Source of the DNA: Ignavibacteriota bacterium
GTDB taxonomy: Bacteria; Bacteroidota; Ignavibacteria; UBA10030
Assembly: GCA_963727825.1 (NCBI GenBank)
Contig: CAVSHO010000009.1
Location: forward strand, 800,001-864,000
Length of the DNA stretch: 64,000 bases
Reading direction: 5' to 3'
Position numbers and translations under genes: made by a program. The notes under the pieces were generated by a model, which was not told where the DNA came from, ran no database searches, and worked only from the letters and a program-made list of their open reading frames with translations. Below are positions 1 through 10,108 of this stretch, piece by piece (positions within the stretch are counted from its first letter, which is position 1; the number at the start of each line of letters is the position of its first letter).

Positions 1-74
1 GTGCTCTTCCCACTTCCCATAAATCCAGTCAGGAAGATGAGTGATTTTTTATGTTCTTGCTGTAAATCTTTCAT
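1..74 (-). CDS. aroK: shikimate kinase, N-terminal part (runs off window)
   Basis: Hand translation from ATG at 74: MKDLQQEHKKSLIFLTGFMGSGKS, the P-loop typical of shikimate kinases; not in the ORF track. Confidence 0.8.
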   Translation of the reverse strand, partial: MKDLQQEHKKSLIFLTGFMGSGKS

Positions 75-84
75 GGTTCTTTTT

Positions 85-119
85 AAAAAAAAGGCGTCCC
101 GATTTATCGAGACGCCTTT
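85..119 (-). terminator. Rho-independent terminator after the PPIase gene
   Basis: Minus strand AAAGGCGTCTCGAT-AA-ATCGGGACGCC followed by T8. Confidence 0.8.
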
Positions 120-137
120 GCTAAACAAGCGTATATT

Positions 138-2249
138 TTATCGGAAGTATTTATCTCTATGGTCAACAATGTCTGCCTTTTCGTGCAGCGCTGTCTGCCA
201 GTCCGCCAAAAAGCGTTGACGTTTTTCCTGCAAGAGTTGTGTGCGTAACGATTCATGCTCCATATTGTACTTTGCAGTATCAATTTCTGTTTTCGACAAC
301 AACCTTATAATATAGTAACCGAGATTGCCTTCAAATGGCTTCGATAACTCACCGGGTTTCAACGCAAGTGCAGTACCGATAAATTTCAGATCGCGTCCAA
401 TGACGGTTGGACCATCGATTGGTTTGAATGGACCAGTTATTTGTGCTCTTAAATTCGGATTAGATTGCGCCGCGGCAATTAAGTCACTTGAAGAATTTAG
501 TTTCTTATAGAATGCATCTACATCAGCGCGAATCTTCTCAAACTTTTTCTCTTTTAGCGCTAAAGCGCGAACTGACCCTTTTACCTCGTCAAGTGGGCGG
601 ATGCCTTCTTCTCTGATATTCGATACTTTAATTACAATGACGCCATTTCGAACATAAATTGGATCGGCAATTGCTCCAACTTTATTGGTAAATGCAAAAT
701 TCGTTATCGCATCATTAATACCGATACCAGGTATCGAACCTATTTTTGTAAACTCCGGCGTTTCCCGCACTATAAATTTACTATTCTCAGCGGCTTTCTC
801 AAATCCTTCATCCTTCGATAAAATACTAAAGTCCTGCGCTTGTTGGAATGCTGCTTCCACTGTTTGCGTGCTTGCCTTTACTTTCATAGTAAGATCAAGA
901 AGTTTGACTTCACGTTTGTCTTTGCCGGTTACCTTAATGATATGCCAGCCAAATTGTGTGCGCACAGGGCCAACGATATCGCCAACTCGCGCCTTAAATG
1001 CGGCATCGGCAAATGGTTTCACCCAGCGGTCTTTTGACGCCCATCCAAGCTCACCGCCTTGCATTGCAGAACTGTAATCCTGACTATTTTCGCGGGCAAG
1101 TTTTGCAAAATCGCTTCCGGAACGCGCTTGTGCCAGAAGCGTGCGTGCTTTCTGAATCACCTTCACACTATCCGGACCAGTAACAATATTCAGCAGAATG
1201 TGGCTGGATCTGACGAACTCTGTCGTTCCTTGCCGCTGATCAAGAATTTTAAAAATATGAATACCATCATTATCGTTGATTGGTCCGACGATGTCCCCAT
1301 TTTTTGCAGAAAATATTGCATTCTCTTTTTTCTGGCTTAACTCGCCATGCTTGAAAAATGCTTCGCTGGGGGGAACTTCAGAATACGTTTTTACAAGCTC
1401 CGCAAAATCCATAGCGCCGGATTTTGCTTGTTCCAGTAAATTCTTCATTTCCGTTTCTACAGCCGCCGAATCTTCTGAAGAAGCGTTTTGATTGAATAGA
1501 ACATATTTGACTTTCCGTGCAGCTTTTGCCTGGAAATCGGTAGCGTGGGAATCATATTGCTTTTTTATATCATCATCTGTCACGGTAACATCAGACTCGG
1601 GCACGAGCTTATCGATATCAAATAAAACATAAGCTGCATTCATCGTTACGTTGCGATCGATGAAACGCTGCTTCAATTCACCTTCACTCACGTTGACGTT
1701 TGCTAAAAGAAGACTCTGCAGTTTCCGGCGTTTCTGCTCCTGACGAAGCATTTCTTCCACTTGAATCCATGCAGATTTATTTTGCGGATCCATCATTGCC
1801 TGTTGGTATGCATCACGTCGGAATGTTCCTGTGGAATCTGTAAACTGCTTTGCAAGAAACTCCGGCGGATTCTGCGCATTTACAATATCTCGAATTTCTT
1901 GGTCTGTTACCGTAATACCAAGGCGATCAATTTCCTGTTCGATCAGCATTTCATCCACAATCTGGTTCCATACCTGCGAACGAATTTGACGTTCGGTTTC
2001 TTCATCAACGTCACTGTTTTGTTGCTTCTTTTGATTTTCTACTGTCCGCCGCACTAATTCGCTGAATTGCTTATAGTTCACTTCTTTGCCGTTCACCTTG
2101 CCAAGTACTTCACTTGTGCCACCGCCGCGTCCTCTGCGTCCAGTGAGGTCAAGCCCCCAATCGAAAATGATTAAGACTATAAAGATAACTGCCGCACCGG
2201 CAATAATAAATTTTGGAGACTTCTCACGTATGTCATTCAATACGGCCAT
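138..2249 (-). CDS. PpiD/SurA-type membrane-anchored peptidyl-prolyl isomerase
   Basis: N-terminal TM, SurA-N-like region, parvulin motifs (SSHILL, GGELGW, GPVRTQFGWHIIKV); start moved to ATG 2249, preceded by GAGGAG. Confidence 0.9.
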   Translation of the reverse strand: MAVLNDIREKSPKFIIAGAAVIFIVLIIFDWGLDLTGRRGRGGGTSEVLGKVNGKEVNYKQFSELVRRTVENQKKQQNSDVDEETERQIRSQVWNQIVDEMLIEQEIDRLGITVTDQEIRDIVNAQNPPEFLAKQFTDSTGTFRRDAYQQAMMDPQNKSAWIQVEEMLRQEQKRRKLQSLLLANVNVSEGELKQRFIDRNVTMNAAYVLFDIDKLVPESDVTVTDDDIKKQYDSHATDFQAKAARKVKYVLFNQNASSEDSAAVETEMKNLLEQAKSGAMDFAELVKTYSEVPPSEAFFKHGELSQKKENAIFSAKNGDIVGPINDNDGIHIFKILDQRQGTTEFVRSSHILLNIVTGPDSVKVIQKARTLLAQARSGSDFAKLARENSQDYSSAMQGGELGWASKDRWVKPFADAAFKARVGDIVGPVRTQFGWHIIKVTGKDKREVKLLDLTMKVKASTQTVEAAFQQAQDFSILSKDEGFEKAAENSKFIVRETPEFTKIGSIPGIGINDAITNFAFTNKVGAIADPIYVRNGVIVIKVSNIREEGIRPLDEVKGSVRALALKEKKFEKIRADVDAFYKKLNSSSDLIAAAQSNPNLRAQITGPFKPIDGPTVIGRDLKFIGTALALKPGELSKPFEGNLGYYIIRLLSKTEIDTAKYNMEHESLRTQLLQEKRQRFLADWQTALHEKADIVDHRDKYFR

Positions 2250-2489
2250 GTCAGAACAACTCCTCTTTCTTAATCGAGACTTGAAACTGCATTTTTTTTT
2301 GTTTATGAATATAGCCGACATTCGCTTGATATGCAACGACTTTCTTGTTGACTTTGTTGGCATATCAGGTTATATTTTTTAACGAAAATTTATTCGCGAC
2401 TATAGTTTTCATACAAAATGCGAAAGATTTATTGTCGCGCTTTGCTTCTTCATTATTTATCACCAATGTTATAAGTTTGGAGACAATTT

Positions 2490-4379
2490 GTGAGAAATCA
2501 GCTGACCAGAATTATTATCACTCTGTGTTTTGTCGTCCTTGCAGTTTATTTTCTTTGGCCGACAATACAGGATTATAACTATCGTAAACAACTTAGCAAG
2601 CTTGTCGGACAGGACAGTGTTGCGTATGCAGAAAAACACCACGATGATATGCTGGATGCAAAGCTGAGACGTATGAAACTTGGCTTGGATTTACAGGGCG
2701 GAATGCGTGTTGTGTTGGAAGTGAATATCATTCAATTGCTTGATGATCTTGCAAAGAATAAGGATGACAACTTCCGTGCAATTATTAAAGAAGTACAGGG
2801 CGAAACCGTAACAAACGATCTTTCTATTATTTCCATCTATGCTAAAAAATTCCAGGATCGCGGTATAAGAATGAGCCGGTACTATGGCAGCATACGGGAT
2901 GATGACGCCAAAGTGACAAAAATGTTGGAGGACGAATCCGAAAAAGCGGTTGACCGTGCAACAGAAATTGTTAATAACCGTGTAAATCAATACGGTGTTT
3001 CCGAGCCAACGATTCAAAAACAAGGCGGGCGCCGCATTATCGTCGAATTGCCAGGTGTAAAAGATGAAAATGAGGTGCGCCAATTGCTGCAAGGAACGGC
3101 GTTGTTAGAATTCAAAATGTTAAAAGACCCGCAAATTTCTTATAAAGTAATGGAATCCATCGATAAGTTCCTCACCGGCAAATTAGAAACTGACACAATT
3201 GCGTCATCCGGGGCATCGACAGAAAAAAAGAAGGAGACGGCGAAACATAAAGATGCTCTTACGGAATTAACCGGTGGTACGGCGGCGGTTGCTGAAACGG
3301 ATACAACGAAAGAAGCACAGTTTGCACGTGAGCACCCGTTCTTCATGTATGTTAAACCAGAACAGCGCGGCTCAGGTGAAGGGTATGTTGCTGAAAAAGA
3401 TAAAGACCGTGTTGTTCGTTTACTCGGCCGACCGGAAGTTCAACAGATAATGCCGCAAGATTTTGAATTTTTGTTCTCTGCCAAACCTCAAACATTTGCA
3501 AATGGACAGAAGTTTTATCTTTTATATGCTGTTAAGAAAACACCTGAACTTACAGGGGGTGTTGTAACAAATGCCCAGGCAAGTGTGGACCCAGAAGATA
3601 ACCGTCCGGTTGTAAATATGGAAATGAATAGTGAAGGTGCAAGAGATTGGGCGCGCATCACTGGATCTAATATTGGCAAGCGGATAGCAATTATTATGGA
3701 TAAAGGTGTGTTCTCTGCGCCGGTTGTGCAGGGAAAAATCCCCGGCGGCCATTCACGCATTAGCGGAATGGAGTCTCCGAATGAAGCACGCCTATTGGAA
3801 ATTGTGCTTAAGGCAGGTGCATTACCGGCACCAACCTCAATCATAGAACAACGATCAATTGGACCATCGCTTGGCGAAGATTCAATACGTGCTGGCTTGA
3901 CATCGATTTTGATTTCTTTCATTCTTATAGTCCTCTTTATGGTTGTGTATTATCATTCAGCAGGTGCCGTAGCCGACTTCGCTTTGTTCTTCAACATCCT
4001 ATTCATACTTGGTGTTATGGCAAGCTTCGGTGCAACACTTACCCTCCCAGGTATTGCAGGTATTGTGTTAACCATCGGTATGGCTGTAGATGCAAACGTT
4101 CTTGTGGACGAGCGTGTGCGTGAAGAAATGGTGACTGGAAAAACTTTACGTGCCGCAATTGATACTGGATATTCCAGGGCGTTCACTGCCATTTTTGACG
4201 GCCACGTTACTTCATTTCTGACAGGTCTTGTACTATATCAATTTGGTTCAAGCGGAGTGCAGGGATTTGCGCTCACACTAATGATTGGCTTGGTCGCAAA
4301 TCTCTTTAGCGCGATCGTCATCACTCACGTAATTATGAATATTATGATGGATAATGGGTACCATCCAAAATTCGGATAA
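2490..4379 (+). CDS. secD: protein translocase subunit SecD
   Basis: LGLDLQGG, GVSEPTIQ, IGPSLG, GMAVDANV motifs; GTG start. Confidence 0.97.
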   Translation: MRNQLTRIIITLCFVVLAVYFLWPTIQDYNYRKQLSKLVGQDSVAYAEKHHDDMLDAKLRRMKLGLDLQGGMRVVLEVNIIQLLDDLAKNKDDNFRAIIKEVQGETVTNDLSIISIYAKKFQDRGIRMSRYYGSIRDDDAKVTKMLEDESEKAVDRATEIVNNRVNQYGVSEPTIQKQGGRRIIVELPGVKDENEVRQLLQGTALLEFKMLKDPQISYKVMESIDKFLTGKLETDTIASSGASTEKKKETAKHKDALTELTGGTAAVAETDTTKEAQFAREHPFFMYVKPEQRGSGEGYVAEKDKDRVVRLLGRPEVQQIMPQDFEFLFSAKPQTFANGQKFYLLYAVKKTPELTGGVVTNAQASVDPEDNRPVVNMEMNSEGARDWARITGSNIGKRIAIIMDKGVFSAPVVQGKIPGGHSRISGMESPNEARLLEIVLKAGALPAPTSIIEQRSIGPSLGEDSIRAGLTSILISFILIVLFMVVYYHSAGAVADFALFFNILFILGVMASFGATLTLPGIAGIVLTIGMAVDANVLVDERVREEMVTGKTLRAAIDTGYSRAFTAIFDGHVTSFLTGLVLYQFGSSGVQGFALTLMIGLVANLFSAIVITHVIMNIMMDNGYHPKFG

Positions 4380-4419
4380 TCCGTCATTCCACTAAACATG
4401 TAAATGCGAAGGATTTTCA

Positions 4420-5349
4420 ATGCGACTGTTTAAAAAAACGAATATAGATTTCATCGGAAAACGTTTTTTCTGGTACATCGTTTCAACCATAATGGTATTG
4501 ATTGGGCTTATTTCTATTGTTTTTAAAGGCATTAACTATGGGATTGATTTCCAGGAAGGAACAGAAATGATTGTGGCATTTAGTCCCAGTGTAGATATAG
4601 GAAATGTGCGTATCATACTCGATAAAGTGGGACTCGGTAAAAGCGAAATCAAATCTTACGGAAAAGAATCAACCCTTTTAATTCGAACAAGTGAACAAGG
4701 TGAAGGAACAATCGTCGGCACAAAGATCAGGAATGCATTGACAGATGGATTCCCTGGCAACAACATCCAAGTTCTCCGCGAAGATAAAATAGGGCCAAGG
4801 ATCGGAAAAGAACTCCGAACCAATGCCCTCTTAGCCGTCTTGTGGGCTCTAGGTGCCATTCTTATATATATTGGACTTCGGTTTAAGTTCCGCTATGGCC
4901 TAGGAGCAACGATATCGATTTTCCATGATGTATTGACCACCTTTGGGTTTCTTTCGATCATGAATGGATTGATCCCAGGATTAAATCTCGAGATTACGCA
5001 GGAGGTCATTGCAGCATTTTTGACACTTATCGGTGTCTCGGTCAACGACACAGTCGTTATCTTTGATAGAATTAGAGAAAACGAGAAAATTTTCAAGTCT
5101 ATGCCATTGGGAGATCTGATGAATAAAAGTTTGAACGAAACACTAAGCAGAACTATTATTACATCAGGTACAATTTTTGTCGTTTTGGTGATCTTATTAA
5201 TTTTCGGTGGTGAAGTCAATCGAGGGTTCGCATTTACTATGGCATTTGGTATTGTCACAGGTACCTATTCCTCTATCTATGTAGCAAGTGCATTCGTACT
5301 TGATTGGACTCGATATCAGAATCGCAAGAAAGTAACAGCCGCAGCATAA
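4420..5349 (+). CDS. secF: protein translocase subunit SecF
   Basis: GIDFxxG, SVNDTVVIFDRIRE, GTYSSIY motifs; follows secD. Confidence 0.97.
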   Translation: MRLFKKTNIDFIGKRFFWYIVSTIMVLIGLISIVFKGINYGIDFQEGTEMIVAFSPSVDIGNVRIILDKVGLGKSEIKSYGKESTLLIRTSEQGEGTIVGTKIRNALTDGFPGNNIQVLREDKIGPRIGKELRTNALLAVLWALGAILIYIGLRFKFRYGLGATISIFHDVLTTFGFLSIMNGLIPGLNLEITQEVIAAFLTLIGVSVNDTVVIFDRIRENEKIFKSMPLGDLMNKSLNETLSRTIITSGTIFVVLVILLIFGGEVNRGFAFTMAFGIVTGTYSSIYVASAFVLDWTRYQNRKKVTAAA

Positions 5350-5376
5350 TTCTTCCTGTCGGTTGAAAGGGCATCT

Positions 5377-5715
5377 ATGAAATTCAAAACGAAAGAAATC
5401 AAGGGCATCACCGTTGTCGAGCTTGAAGGCAATGTGATGGGCGGTCCGGATGCATCCGACCTAAATGATTTTTTGCACAAACTAATCACCGAAAAAAAGA
5501 GTCGGGTTGTTGTTGATCTTAAAGCAGTTAGTTTTATTAACAGTTCAGGCCTTGGTATGCTTATCGGTGGATTGACAACAATGCGTCATTCGGGAGGTGA
5601 GTTGAAACTCGCGTGCGCTTCCAAGAAAATTGAAAATCTGTTAGAAATGACAAAACTGCTAAAAGTGTTTGATCTTCACAAAAACGTGAACAATGCAATT
5701 GTTGCATTCAAGTAA
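5377..5715 (+). CDS. STAS-domain anti-sigma factor antagonist
   Basis: VVVDLKAVSFINSSGLGML motif, 112 aa. Confidence 0.9.
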   Translation: MKFKTKEIKGITVVELEGNVMGGPDASDLNDFLHKLITEKKSRVVVDLKAVSFINSSGLGMLIGGLTTMRHSGGELKLACASKKIENLLEMTKLLKVFDLHKNVNNAIVAFK

Positions 5716-5788
5716 TTACTGGTGTGCAGGTGTAGTAAACATCCGTACAACTTCGTTTTTAACACTTACTTCATCACACTGAATTTCA

Positions 5789-6427
5789 ATGCCATCTCAA
5801 CCACTTTTTGTCGCGGTCGCAGGAAATATCGGCGCCGGAAAATCTTCGCTGGCGCGATTGTTAGGTGAACGCTTTCAATGGAAACCGTACTTCGAATCTG
5901 TGGATGACAATCCTTACCTTTCTGATTTCTATGCCGATATGTCGCGCTGGTCGTTTCATCTTCAAATTTATTTTCTTGCCAATCGATTTAAGTGCCACAA
6001 AGAGATCGTTGAATCAAGCGAGTCGGTAATTCAAGATCGCTCTATCTATGAGGATGCAGAGATATTCGCACGAAATCTATTCGACATCGGTAAAATGACA
6101 GAACGTGATTACATCAATTATGTATCGCTTTTTCATGTGATGATGGAATACCTTAAACCTCCCGACCTGATGATTTACCTTCGAGCAAATGTCGATACGT
6201 TGGTAAAACAGATTTCAAAACGCGGCCGTGATTTTGAACAAGGCATTCAGCGCTCGTATCTTGAGACTCTTAACAAACTGTACGAAGATTGGATTACCCG
6301 CTATAAGCTCGGCCCACTTCTCATTATTGAAAGCGACGACCTCGACTTCGTCAACAATAAAACAGACCTTAACTTTATTCTCACAAGTGTAAAAGATCAT
6401 CTGCCCCAGATGCAATTATTCGAATAA
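5789..6427 (+). CDS. deoxynucleoside kinase
   Basis: GNIGAGKS P-loop, DRSIYED, PDLMIYL, RGRDFE motifs. Confidence 0.93.
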   Translation: MPSQPLFVAVAGNIGAGKSSLARLLGERFQWKPYFESVDDNPYLSDFYADMSRWSFHLQIYFLANRFKCHKEIVESSESVIQDRSIYEDAEIFARNLFDIGKMTERDYINYVSLFHVMMEYLKPPDLMIYLRANVDTLVKQISKRGRDFEQGIQRSYLETLNKLYEDWITRYKLGPLLIIESDDLDFVNNKTDLNFILTSVKDHLPQMQLFE

Positions 6428-6672
6428 TGGAATATGTAAGTAATAAGCAATTTAGTCTGAAGTAACAAATAGGGTGATGCCAGAGATAGGGCTGCTTTTT
6501 TATACAAAACAAGTATCACAAATTCTTCCCGTCTTCGAAATTGTATTCAAACGCACTTCATCTTGTTTCTCCAGCGAGATTTTTCTACATTTTTTAGCTT
6601 TACTATCTATTTTTAATTTGTATTGGCGGGGTGTACGGTAAGTCATTCTTTGAAAATAAAATATGGCAAAAT

Positions 6673-7293
6673 ATGAAGAAATTAATTGATCTCTCACTTC
6701 CCATTACCAACTTAATGCCGGTATATCCCGGTGATGAATTGCCGCAGCTTCTACAAGTGAACGATATTGTGCGAGATGGATTCAACAACTTTCGTCTTTC
6801 TACCAATATGCACACAGGGACACATATTGATGGTTTAATGCATTTAACGCAATGTAAAAAGTTCATAAGTGAGACTCCATTGAAACAATATGTTGGCGTC
6901 GGATGTGTTTTGAATGCCATCGGCAAAAAATATATCCCACTAACAATAGAATATGAATTACTTGTTCAACCACAAAGCATTGTTTTACTATACACCGGAA
7001 CAAGCAGTTTATTCGGAAGCAAAAAATACTTTGATGATTGTCCAACGGTAAGTAGAGAGCTTGCACAGTTGTTTGTCAAACGGCGGGTGAAGATGGTTTG
7101 TATAGATTCACCGTCGCCAGATCGGCATCCATTTGAAACCCACAAATTACTCTTAGAAAACAACGTGCTTATTGCAGAAAATTTAACAAACATTGACAAG
7201 CTTCTTTCAGCTAAAAATATTGAGATAATCGCTTTGCCGCTGAAAATTCATGCTGACAGTTCACCGGCAAGAATTATTGCACGAATACTGTAA
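6673..7293 (+). CDS. cyclase family metal-dependent hydrolase (kynurenine formamidase-like)
   Basis: IDLS, PVYPGD, HTGTHID, IAENL, SPARIIA motifs; likely start ATG 6673. Confidence 0.88.
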   Translation: MKKLIDLSLPITNLMPVYPGDELPQLLQVNDIVRDGFNNFRLSTNMHTGTHIDGLMHLTQCKKFISETPLKQYVGVGCVLNAIGKKYIPLTIEYELLVQPQSIVLLYTGTSSLFGSKKYFDDCPTVSRELAQLFVKRRVKMVCIDSPSPDRHPFETHKLLLENNVLIAENLTNIDKLLSAKNIEIIALPLKIHADSSPARIIARIL

Positions 7294-7390
7294 TGAGCAT
7301 ACAAATATAACTTTAAACAACTCCTCCACGAACTTATTTATGTGTAAAAGCGACATGTTTGTAAAAGAAATTTGATTGAGGACAAATATT

Positions 7391-8611
7391 ATGAAAAAGA
7401 AAATCTCTCAACGCGTCTCTATCGCCACGCGAGCAATCCATGGGGAACAGCTATTCGCATTTAGGGGATCGGTTGCAACTCCGATCTATCAAACTTCAAC
7501 ATATCGATTTGAAACATCTGAAGACGCCATCCGGCACGCGAAAGGGGATCCGTCTGTATATGTCTATTCGCGTTATCACAATCCAACAGTGCACGATGTA
7601 GAAGTAAAACTTGCGCTAATGGAAAACGGTGAAGCGGCGGCAATCTTTGCATCCGGTATGGCGGCAATCACCACTGCAATTCTTGCTGTGACGAAAGCAG
7701 GTGACAATATCATCAGCACACCGGCTTTATACGGCGGCACGTACCGGTGGATGCGAGACGAACTACCAAAACAAAACATTAATGTGCGGTTTGTTGATCC
7801 TAACCATCTCGAAGAGATCGGCCAAGTCGCTAACGAGCGAACGACCATCGTTTATATTGAAACCCCAACTAATCCAACGCTTAGTATAGTGGATATCGCA
7901 GAAGTCGTGCGTCAAACTAAGAAAGCACAAAAAAGATTAAGTCGTCCTATTCTAACAATGATCGACAATACGTTTGCTACAATTCTAAATCAGGATCCAT
8001 TCAAATTCGGCGTTGACGTCATCGCAGAAAGTGCCACCAAATATCTTGGCGGCCATGCCGATATTCTGGCCGGGGTTATTGTAGGCAAAGAAGAGTTTGT
8101 TAAGCAGGTGCGCACGCTTGGGAAATATCACGGTGGTTGTGCCGATCCATTTGCGGCGTATTTGCTTGGCAGAAGTTTGAAAACGCTTGAACTTCGTGTG
8201 CACCGGCAAAATGAAAATGCGCTTGCTCTTGCAAAGGCACTCGAGAAAAATAAAAGGGTGAATCGAGTAATTTATCCGGGACTTCCATCGCATCCGCAAC
8301 ATAAAATTGCAAAGAAGCAGATGACCGGCTTCGGCGGAATGGTCACGATTGAAGTTAGGCCATCGAAACGGTACTCACCGGTTGAAGCGGCGGTAAAGGT
8401 TTGCGATAATCTTAAAGTTGCTGTCAATGCAATGTCGCTGGGCAGTGTAGAAACGCTCGTGAGCATTCCTGTTTATTCGTCGCATGTATTTATGTCCGAC
8501 GGAGAACTTAAACGGCACAGTGTAACGGCCGGGATGATCCGCATTTCTGTTGGTATAGAAGGCATCGAAGATTTAATCGAAGATTTCAATCAAGCACTGA
8601 ATAATATTTAG
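7391..8611 (+). CDS. PLP-dependent trans-sulfuration enzyme (cystathionine gamma-synthase/lyase, methionine gamma-lyase family)
   Basis: PIYQTST, YSRxxNPT, ETPTNP, DNTFAT, SATKYLGGH (PLP lysine), RISVGIE. Confidence 0.93.
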   Translation: MKKKISQRVSIATRAIHGEQLFAFRGSVATPIYQTSTYRFETSEDAIRHAKGDPSVYVYSRYHNPTVHDVEVKLALMENGEAAAIFASGMAAITTAILAVTKAGDNIISTPALYGGTYRWMRDELPKQNINVRFVDPNHLEEIGQVANERTTIVYIETPTNPTLSIVDIAEVVRQTKKAQKRLSRPILTMIDNTFATILNQDPFKFGVDVIAESATKYLGGHADILAGVIVGKEEFVKQVRTLGKYHGGCADPFAAYLLGRSLKTLELRVHRQNENALALAKALEKNKRVNRVIYPGLPSHPQHKIAKKQMTGFGGMVTIEVRPSKRYSPVEAAVKVCDNLKVAVNAMSLGSVETLVSIPVYSSHVFMSDGELKRHSVTAGMIRISVGIEGIEDLIEDFNQALNNI

Positions 8612-8623
8612 GAAAAATATTTA

Positions 8624-9529
8624 ATGAAAACTTTACGTTCTATTGTCTTGTTGTTATGCCTATTTTCTCTCTCGGTATTCAGCCAGAATGTGATTATTGT
8701 GGTGATAGATGGGGCCCGTTATTCTGAAACATTTGGTGCGGATTCGCAATATATACCAAACATCTGGAATCAACTTCGTCCCCTTGGTACTATTTGGACA
8801 AGCTTTTACAACGATGGATTAACAAAAACTGATCCAGGACACACAACAATTGCATCTGGGGTTTGGCAAAATATTGACAATAGGGGTATTGGTAGGTCTG
8901 AACAACCAACTGTGTTTGAATATTTCCGCAAATATACAGCGGCTTCTGAGAAAACAACAGCAGTTATTGTCGGCAAGCAAAAACTGGATATTCTCACTTA
9001 CAGTAATCATCCTGACTATGGTGCAAAATATAAAGCATCCTCGTTCATCAGCTCAAATGATACCTCTGTTATGTGTGATGTAAAAAAAGATATCTCATTA
9101 AATCATCCTCGAATAATTATGATCAATTTGCCTAACGTAGATATTGCCGGTCATACAGGCAGTTGGAATGGATATCTTGTTGCCTTACATATTGCTGATT
9201 CGTTGATTTGGAATCTCTGGCAAATTATTCAATCAGATTCAATATATCGGAATACTACGACGCTTTTTGTAACAAACGATCACGGCAGGCACGATGATGC
9301 CCATGGCGGCTTTAAAGATCACGGTGATAGTTGCGAAGGGTGCCGCCATATTCTTTGTCTTGCTATTGGGCGTGCCTTCCCTGCAAATCGAGTTATCAAG
9401 CAAAGACGAACTCAGTGCGATATCGCACCGACGGTTGGTGAACTTCTTTCCTTTCCAACACCGTTTTCAATAGGAACCAGCTTGCTTAATGATGTTAGTT
9501 CCACCAAAGGCGAAATTCAGAACAAGTAA
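8624..9529 (+). CDS. secreted alkaline phosphatase/sulfatase superfamily metalloenzyme
   Basis: Signal peptide; VIIVVIDG, DIAGH, TNDHG, DIAPT motifs. Confidence 0.8.
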   Translation: MKTLRSIVLLLCLFSLSVFSQNVIIVVIDGARYSETFGADSQYIPNIWNQLRPLGTIWTSFYNDGLTKTDPGHTTIASGVWQNIDNRGIGRSEQPTVFEYFRKYTAASEKTTAVIVGKQKLDILTYSNHPDYGAKYKASSFISSNDTSVMCDVKKDISLNHPRIIMINLPNVDIAGHTGSWNGYLVALHIADSLIWNLWQIIQSDSIYRNTTTLFVTNDHGRHDDAHGGFKDHGDSCEGCRHILCLAIGRAFPANRVIKQRRTQCDIAPTVGELLSFPTPFSIGTSLLNDVSSTKGEIQNK

Positions 9530-9602
9530 TGAAAGAGCAATAGCAAAAATGCTTCGAACTTTTTTGCATGTTCTTTGTACTGAAATCAAGCACAAAAAGA
9601 CT

Positions 9603-9631
9603 TTGTAAGTCTGACAATTCTTAATTATATT
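9603..9631 (+). promoter_or_regulatory. putative sigma70 promoter of rpsT
   Basis: TTGTAA-17 bp-TATATT. Confidence 0.45.
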
Positions 9632-9690
9632 TACTTAAGAAAGAAACCAAAGCAACAAGTCCTGAGATTAGGACAAAGGAGAATGAATTA

Positions 9691-9945
9691 ATGCCGCAAC
9701 ATAAATCAGCAGTAAAGCGAGTGCGTCAATACGCAAGCCGCGCAGAAGGCAATAAAAATCGACTTTCGAAGTTGAAAACAATTATAAAGAAAGTGCGTTC
9801 TTCTAAAAGCAAAGAAGAAGCAAGTTTAGCACTAAAAAACGCTGTAAAATACCTTGATCAACTTGGCGCCAAAGGTACAATTCATAAAAAAAATGCTTCC
9901 AACCAGAAATCAAGGCTGACAAAGTTCGTCAATAAAATTAAGTAA
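9691..9945 (+). CDS. rpsT: 30S ribosomal protein S20
   Basis: MPQHKSAVKRVRQ...IHKKNASNQKSRL; AAGGAG RBS. Confidence 0.96.
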   Translation: MPQHKSAVKRVRQYASRAEGNKNRLSKLKTIIKKVRSSKSKEEASLALKNAVKYLDQLGAKGTIHKKNASNQKSRLTKFVNKIK

Positions 9946-9968
9946 ACTGTGTTGAGCGTGTTGAAATG

Positions 9969-10001
9969 AAAAACCCCAATCTAATTTAGATTGGGGTTTT
10001 T
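9969..10001. terminator. bidirectional intrinsic terminator
   Basis: AAAAACCCCAATCTA-ATT-TAGATTGGGGTTTTT between convergent genes. Confidence 0.85.
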
Positions 10002-10108
10002 ATTAAGTGAATATAGTTGTTTAAAATTCAAAATCTTAGGTAAAGAAATCCTTCTATCTTTTTTAAGAGAACGTCATTTAATTAATTTCGAAGATATAAC
10101 TAATCCCG

